Origin: a virus
Taxonomy: Duplodnaviria; Caudoviricetes
Length of the DNA: 64,000 nt
Direction: 5' to 3' (one strand)
Virus record (IMG/VR): IMGVR_UViG_3300044297_000138
Span: 1 to 64,000 of that record
The position numbers and the translations under genes are program-made. Numbering within the stretch: position 1 is the stretch's first letter; the number at the start of each line of letters is the position of its first letter. The notes beneath the pieces were generated by a model that searched no databases, was not told the origin of the DNA, and saw nothing but the letters and a program-made list of their open reading frames with translations. This document shows, piece after piece, positions 59,439 to 64,000 of this stretch.

Positions 59439-59999
59439 ATGGCAAAACAAACAATCAATGTCGGATCAGCCGCTAATGATGGGACAGGAGATACACTTAG
59501 AGCTGCTGCACAAAAAGTCAATTCAAACTTTACCGAAGTTTATGCAACTTCACAAGCATCTTTTGAGAAAGCAAATACAGCAAGTGATGCAGTAAACAAT
59601 TTATCACCAAAAGTTCAGCTTGCATGGAATACCGCAAATGCAGCTTTTGAAACAGCAAATACAAATTCATCATATAAAAATATTTTGATCGTAACAGACC
59701 CAGGAACAACAACACTAAATGAACAAGACCAAATTGTTTTTTGTGATGTAAATGCGGCTGGTGATAATATCAGTATATCTTTACCAACATCACCAATCGT
59801 TGGCCAGGAAATAACAATTAAAAATATTAATACTGATGGTAATGTGGCTTATGTTCAATGTAATATTAGTCAAAGTATTGAGTTATTGAATCATAGTATT
59901 GTTTCTGGTGGTTATGAAACGCTTCCACAAACAGGACATGCAGCAACTTGGATTTGGGATGGTTCTACATGGAGAATTATTAATTATTTTACTGGTTAA
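59439..59999 (+). CDS. Short fibre-like protein with gp9/gp10-type N-terminal motif
   Basis: MAKQTINVGSAANDGTGDTLR....K.N.NFTE.Y; ANAAF heptads; LP.SP..G..I.IK...WDG..W tip domain. Confidence 0.7.
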   Translation: MAKQTINVGSAANDGTGDTLRAAAQKVNSNFTEVYATSQASFEKANTASDAVNNLSPKVQLAWNTANAAFETANTNSSYKNILIVTDPGTTTLNEQDQIVFCDVNAAGDNISISLPTSPIVGQEITIKNINTDGNVAYVQCNISQSIELLNHSIVSGGYETLPQTGHAATWIWDGSTWRIINYFTG

Positions 60000-60002
60000 T
60001 AT

Positions 60003-60416
60003 ATGAATACATTTGATAAAAATATGGAAAAGATTTTTGATGTGGCACCAGTTGAACAAAAAGAACAACCTTTGGTGCCAATATCAAAATCTGCGGTAAA
60101 TGAATCTGATTTAAAACAAGATTTAAAAGACGCATACGATCAAACAAAATCAAACCTACAAGATTTGATTGACAACGGTAAAGATGCAATGGAAGAATTG
60201 CGTCAGATTGCCAGTTCTGGCCAACATCCAAGAGCATTTGAAGTATATGCAACACTACTAAAGAATGTGGTAGATGCAAACAAAGAACTATTAAATGTTC
60301 AAAAACAAATGCGTGATATGGATGGCAAGAAAAAAGATGGCGATACCAGAATTGACAAGGCCATTTTTATTGGTTCTACCGCAGAGTTAAGTAAACTCGT
60401 TAAAGGTAAAGAATGA
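60003..60416 (+). CDS. gp16: Terminase small subunit
   Basis: Y...K.NL..LI..G..A, HPRA.EV...L.K, FIGST.EL; overlaps the gp17 start. Confidence 0.9.
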   Translation: MNTFDKNMEKIFDVAPVEQKEQPLVPISKSAVNESDLKQDLKDAYDQTKSNLQDLIDNGKDAMEELRQIASSGQHPRAFEVYATLLKNVVDANKELLNVQKQMRDMDGKKKDGDTRIDKAIFIGSTAELSKLVKGKE

Positions 60417-62125
60417 GTGTTGATATTGAGATTGAAGATTTTGAGATAGATTCTAAAGAAACCTATCGTGACAATCCTTTGCTTAAGAAAGCGGGAGTTA
60501 AACTTGAATACACACAAGAACAAGTTGATGAGTATATCAAGTGTGCAAAAGATCCAATTTACTTTGCCGAAAATTATGTAACGATTGTTAACGTTGACGT
60601 TGGCTTAATGAAGTTCAAAATGTGGGACTTCCAAAAAGAAATGATTAAGGTTTACCATGAAAATCGTTTCTCAATCACCAAATGTCCTCGTCAGGTCGGT
60701 AAAACTACCACATCGGTTGCATATCTTCTTTGGCTAACACTCTTTACAGACACACAAAACGTTGCAGTTTTGGCCAACAAAGGTTCTTTAGCTAGAGATA
60801 TTCTAGGTAAATACCAACTTGCATATGAAAATTTACCTATGTTCTTGCAACAAGGTGTTGTGGTATGGAATAAAGGTAACGTAGAACTAGAAAACGGTTC
60901 AAAGATTATTGCAGCCTCTACATCATCAAGTGCAATCCGAGGTGGTTCTTTTAACCTGGTATTCTTGGACGAATTTGCGTTCGTTCCAAATAACATTGCT
61001 GAAGAATTCTTTAACTCAGTTTACCCTGTAATTTCATCAGGTAAAACGTCAAAGATTATTATTGTGTCTACACCAAACGGTATGAATCTGTTCTACAAGT
61101 TGTGGATGGATGCAATCAATAAGAAAAATAATTATAAGACCTTTGAGATTCATTGGTCTATGGTACCTGGTCGTGATGAGGCCTGGAAAGAAGAAACCAT
61201 TCGCAATACATCCGAACGACAATTCAGACAGGAATTTGAGACCGAGTTCTTAGGTTCATCCAACACATTGATTTCTGGTTATAAACTTCAGACCATGGTA
61301 TACCGTGATCCAGTTGTGATACATGATAGTCTAAGAATCTATGAACAACCAATCAAAGAAGGCGTCAATGAATCTAAATCCGACCATCTATATTGTATCT
61401 GTGTAGATGTATCGGAAGGTAAAAACTTGGACTGTTCTGCATTTCAGGTGATTGATATTTCACAAACACCTTACCGACAGGTGGCATCATATAATTCATC
61501 ATCAATAACACCAATTCTTTTCCCAACAGTCATTTATAATACCGCAAGATTGTACAATGATGCATATGTTTTGGTAGAAATCAATAACAATCCACAGGTT
61601 GCAGATTCTTTACATGCAGATTTTGAATATGAGAACTTATGGAAAGTTTATACCGGTAACAAAAAACCACAACAGTTGAGTGCCGGCTTTGCCCGTGGTA
61701 TTCAAATGGGTTTAAAAATGTCGCCGCAGGTCAAAGCCATTGGTTGTTCAAACCTTAAAACTTTGATAGAAGGCGACAAACTTTCGGTATGTGACTTTGA
61801 TACCTATTCAGAACTAACAACATTTGAACAACAAAAGAATTCTTTTAAGGCAGCCGATGGTGCCCATGATGATTTGGTTATGAGTCTTGTTATTTTTGCA
61901 TGGGTTTCAACGCAACAATACTTCAAAGAAATTGTTAATCACGATATTCGTAAACAAATCCAGTTGGAACAAATGAACCAAATGGATGAAAACATACTTC
62001 CTGCACCAATTATTGATGATGGATTAGAAACTCCATTTGAAATTATGGGTGGTGATATATGGGAAGTGGCCAATGGCGGCGATACCTATGCAAGTTTTAT
62101 AAGAGAACGACTGAATAATTTGTAA
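60413..62125 (+). CDS. gp17: Terminase large subunit
   Basis: Y..NP.LK, PRQVGKTT (Walker A), FLDEFAF (Walker B), STPNG.N.FY, VDVSEG, HDDLVM. Confidence 0.97.
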   Translation: MSVDIEIEDFEIDSKETYRDNPLLKKAGVKLEYTQEQVDEYIKCAKDPIYFAENYVTIVNVDVGLMKFKMWDFQKEMIKVYHENRFSITKCPRQVGKTTTSVAYLLWLTLFTDTQNVAVLANKGSLARDILGKYQLAYENLPMFLQQGVVVWNKGNVELENGSKIIAASTSSSAIRGGSFNLVFLDEFAFVPNNIAEEFFNSVYPVISSGKTSKIIIVSTPNGMNLFYKLWMDAINKKNNYKTFEIHWSMVPGRDEAWKEETIRNTSERQFRQEFETEFLGSSNTLISGYKLQTMVYRDPVVIHDSLRIYEQPIKEGVNESKSDHLYCICVDVSEGKNLDCSAFQVIDISQTPYRQVASYNSSSITPILFPTVIYNTARLYNDAYVLVEINNNPQVADSLHADFEYENLWKVYTGNKKPQQLSAGFARGIQMGLKMSPQVKAIGCSNLKTLIEGDKLSVCDFDTYSELTTFEQQKNSFKAADGAHDDLVMSLVIFAWVSTQQYFKEIVNHDIRKQIQLEQMNQMDENILPAPIIDDGLETPFEIMGGDIWEVANGGDTYASFIRERLNNL

Positions 62126-62136
62126 ATTCAGCCTTT

Positions 62137-62144
62137 CATAAATA
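62137..62144 (+). promoter_or_regulatory. Late promoter CATAAATA upstream of gp18
   Basis: NATAAATA in the intergenic gap, followed by an AAGGAG SD. Confidence 0.65.
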
Positions 62145-62195
62145 TTCTTTATGGTATTCTACTGCCAAGAAACATAATAAATCAAGGAGAATAAA

Positions 62196-63881
62196 ATGGC
62201 ATTTCAAATCTCTCCAGGCGTAAACGTATCAGAAGTTGATCTAACAACCGTTGTTCCTTCTGTGCTTACTACCGCTGGCGCATTAGCTGGAAAATTTAAT
62301 TGGGGTCCAGCCAATCAAGTAAAATTGATTGATAGTGAAATTACTTTAATAAAAACTTTTGGTCAACCAACCACAACTAGTGCAACATCTTTCTTTACAG
62401 CTTCAAACTTCCTTTCTTATGGTAATAATTTGAGTGTTGTAAGAGCAATCAACGCATCATCAAAAAATGCTGATGCGATTGGATCATCAAATGTTCAAGT
62501 TGCAAATGATGACGTTTTCCAATATACATATTTGAATTCAAACAATTCAAATGCTCACGGCGCTTTCATGGCACGTTGTGCTGGTGCTTTAGGTAATGGA
62601 TTGTTTATTTCCGTTTGTGACAATTCAACAGATTTTGCCACATGGACATACAAAAGTTATTTCCAAAGTGCTCCAGGAACATCAACTCAAGTTTCTGCGG
62701 CTGGCGGTTCAAACGATGAAATGCACATTGTTGTTGTTGACGGTTCTGGAAATTTTGGTACCAAAAATGCTGTCTTAGAAACATTTGCTTTTGTTTCTAA
62801 GGCTTCAGATGCATCAAATAATGGAACTTCAAACTACTACAAACAAGTGGTATTTGAACAATCTAAGTATGTTTTTGCCGCTGATCCAGCAGATTATACC
62901 AATACAAATAGTACCTGGGGTGGAAATTCAACAACTAGTTTTGCACAGTTGAATGGTGTTAAAACTTTCACTCTTGCTGGCGGTACAGATGTTACTGTAA
63001 CAAATGGTGATTTGGAATCAGCTTATGATCTATTTGCAAATAAAGATACAACCGATATTTCTTTAATTCTAACCGCTGATGCAGCAACCGCTGTTCAAAA
63101 CTATGTTATTTCTAATATCAGTTCTGTTCGTGGAGATTGCGTAACATTCATTTCTCCTCCACAATCAGCTGTCATCAATAACGGCGGAAGCGAAACATCC
63201 GCTATTTCAACATGGTTAACAAGCCTAGGAACAACTTCTTCTTTTGCGGTTGCAGATTCTGGTTGGAAATACCAATACGACAAATACAATAATGTATATC
63301 GTTGGATTCCATTGAACGGTGATATCGCAGGTCTATGTGTTTACACAGATACAACCCGTGATCCATGGTTCTCTCCTGCTGGTTTCAATCGTGGCCAAGT
63401 CAAGAATTGCATCAAACTATCATGGAATCCTTCTAAAACACAAAGAGATGTATTGTATGGTGCAGGTGTAAACCCAGTTGTTTCATTCCCAGGACAAGGT
63501 ACAGTTCTATTTGGTGACAAGACATTGTTGAACAAACCAAATGCATTTGATCGTATCAATGTTCGTAGATTGTTTATCGTTCTAGAAAAAGCAATCGCTC
63601 GTGCAGCACAATCTTCATTGTTTGAAATCAATGACGAATTCACAAGAGCACAGTTTATTTCTTTGATTACACCATTCTTGCGTGACGTACAAGGTCGCCG
63701 TGGTATCACAGACTTTAAGGTTGTTTGCGATACAACAAACAACACACCACAAGTTATTGATTCTAACCAGTTTGTTGGTGATATTTACATTAAGCCCGCT
63801 CGTTCAATTAATTTCATTCAGTTGAACTTTGTTGCTGTTGGTACTGGTGTTGATTTTGCCACAATCGTTGGTGCAGTCTAA
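62196..63881 (+). CDS. gp18: Tail sheath protein
   Basis: SPGV.V.E.DLT, F.WGP, DSGWKYQYDKYN...RW.PLNGD.AGL, PWFSPAG.NRG, AFDRINVRRLF, IKPARSINFI.LNF. Confidence 0.97.
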   Translation: MAFQISPGVNVSEVDLTTVVPSVLTTAGALAGKFNWGPANQVKLIDSEITLIKTFGQPTTTSATSFFTASNFLSYGNNLSVVRAINASSKNADAIGSSNVQVANDDVFQYTYLNSNNSNAHGAFMARCAGALGNGLFISVCDNSTDFATWTYKSYFQSAPGTSTQVSAAGGSNDEMHIVVVDGSGNFGTKNAVLETFAFVSKASDASNNGTSNYYKQVVFEQSKYVFAADPADYTNTNSTWGGNSTTSFAQLNGVKTFTLAGGTDVTVTNGDLESAYDLFANKDTTDISLILTADAATAVQNYVISNISSVRGDCVTFISPPQSAVINNGGSETSAISTWLTSLGTTSSFAVADSGWKYQYDKYNNVYRWIPLNGDIAGLCVYTDTTRDPWFSPAGFNRGQVKNCIKLSWNPSKTQRDVLYGAGVNPVVSFPGQGTVLFGDKTLLNKPNAFDRINVRRLFIVLEKAIARAAQSSLFEINDEFTRAQFISLITPFLRDVQGRRGITDFKVVCDTTNNTPQVIDSNQFVGDIYIKPARSINFIQLNFVAVGTGVDFATIVGAV

Positions 63882-63887
63882 TAAATA
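63880..63887 (+). promoter_or_regulatory. Late promoter AATAAATA upstream of gp19
   Basis: NATAAATA followed by an AGGAG SD. Confidence 0.65.
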
Positions 63888-63906
63888 AACCAAATAGGAG
63901 AATACA

Positions 63907-64000
63907 ATGGCATTCAACGTAGCAGAATTTAGAAGTCAGATGGCAGGTGACGGCGCTCGTCCTAATCTGTTCTCTGTTTCTTTGACATTCCCACAGTTTG
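63907..64000 (+). CDS. gp19: Tail tube protein (partial, runs off window end)
   Basis: MAFNVAEFRSQMAGDGARPNLFSV.LTFP after the sheath gene; AGGAG SD. Confidence 0.9.
   Translation, partial: MAFNVAEFRSQMAGDGARPNLFSVSLTFPQF

Noticed and set aside
60413-63881. Intron or intein in terminase or sheath genes
   Set aside because: Both ORFs are continuous and of ordinary length, with no intein or homing endonuclease motifs.
1-64000. Alternative genetic code, tRNA or rRNA genes
   Set aside because: Core genes are full length in the standard code, and the short intergenic gaps show no tRNA-like cloverleaf.

Overview
A 64-kb, AT-rich, gene-dense segment of a T4-like myovirus genome, with cyanophage/environmental-type gene order; the host cannot be determined from this window. 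It contains only virion-structure and packaging genes. (i) A minus-strand block (1-4738): gp4, gp2, gp54/tube-like, gp26, gp51, an SLT/lysozyme-like protein and a truncated helical paralog. (ii) A plus-strand baseplate block (4771-18757): gp48, gp53, gp27-like hub, gp5 split into three ORFs, gp25, gp6, gp7, gp8. (iii) A ~38-kb fibre/adhesin island (18767-56681) in place of canonical gp9-gp12/wac: a DUF4815-like giant protein, two S74-chaperone fibres, Mtd_N-like fibres, a beta-propeller, a six-LamG protein and ten glycine-rich paralogs. (iv) The neck/packaging/tail block gp13-gp19 (56741-end). NATAAATA late-promoter motifs recur throughout. Top observations: a candidate -1 programmed frameshift (T TTT TTC) fusing gp26 to a start-less gp51 in lambda G/GT-like synteny; recurring short terminal motifs pairing with small domains, suggesting a modular plug-and-socket grammar for branched fibres; a tandem array of polyglycine adhesin-like cassettes with homogenised ends; and a tripartite gp5 ending in an HxH apex motif. 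All family assignments come from motif recognition by eye, not database searches.
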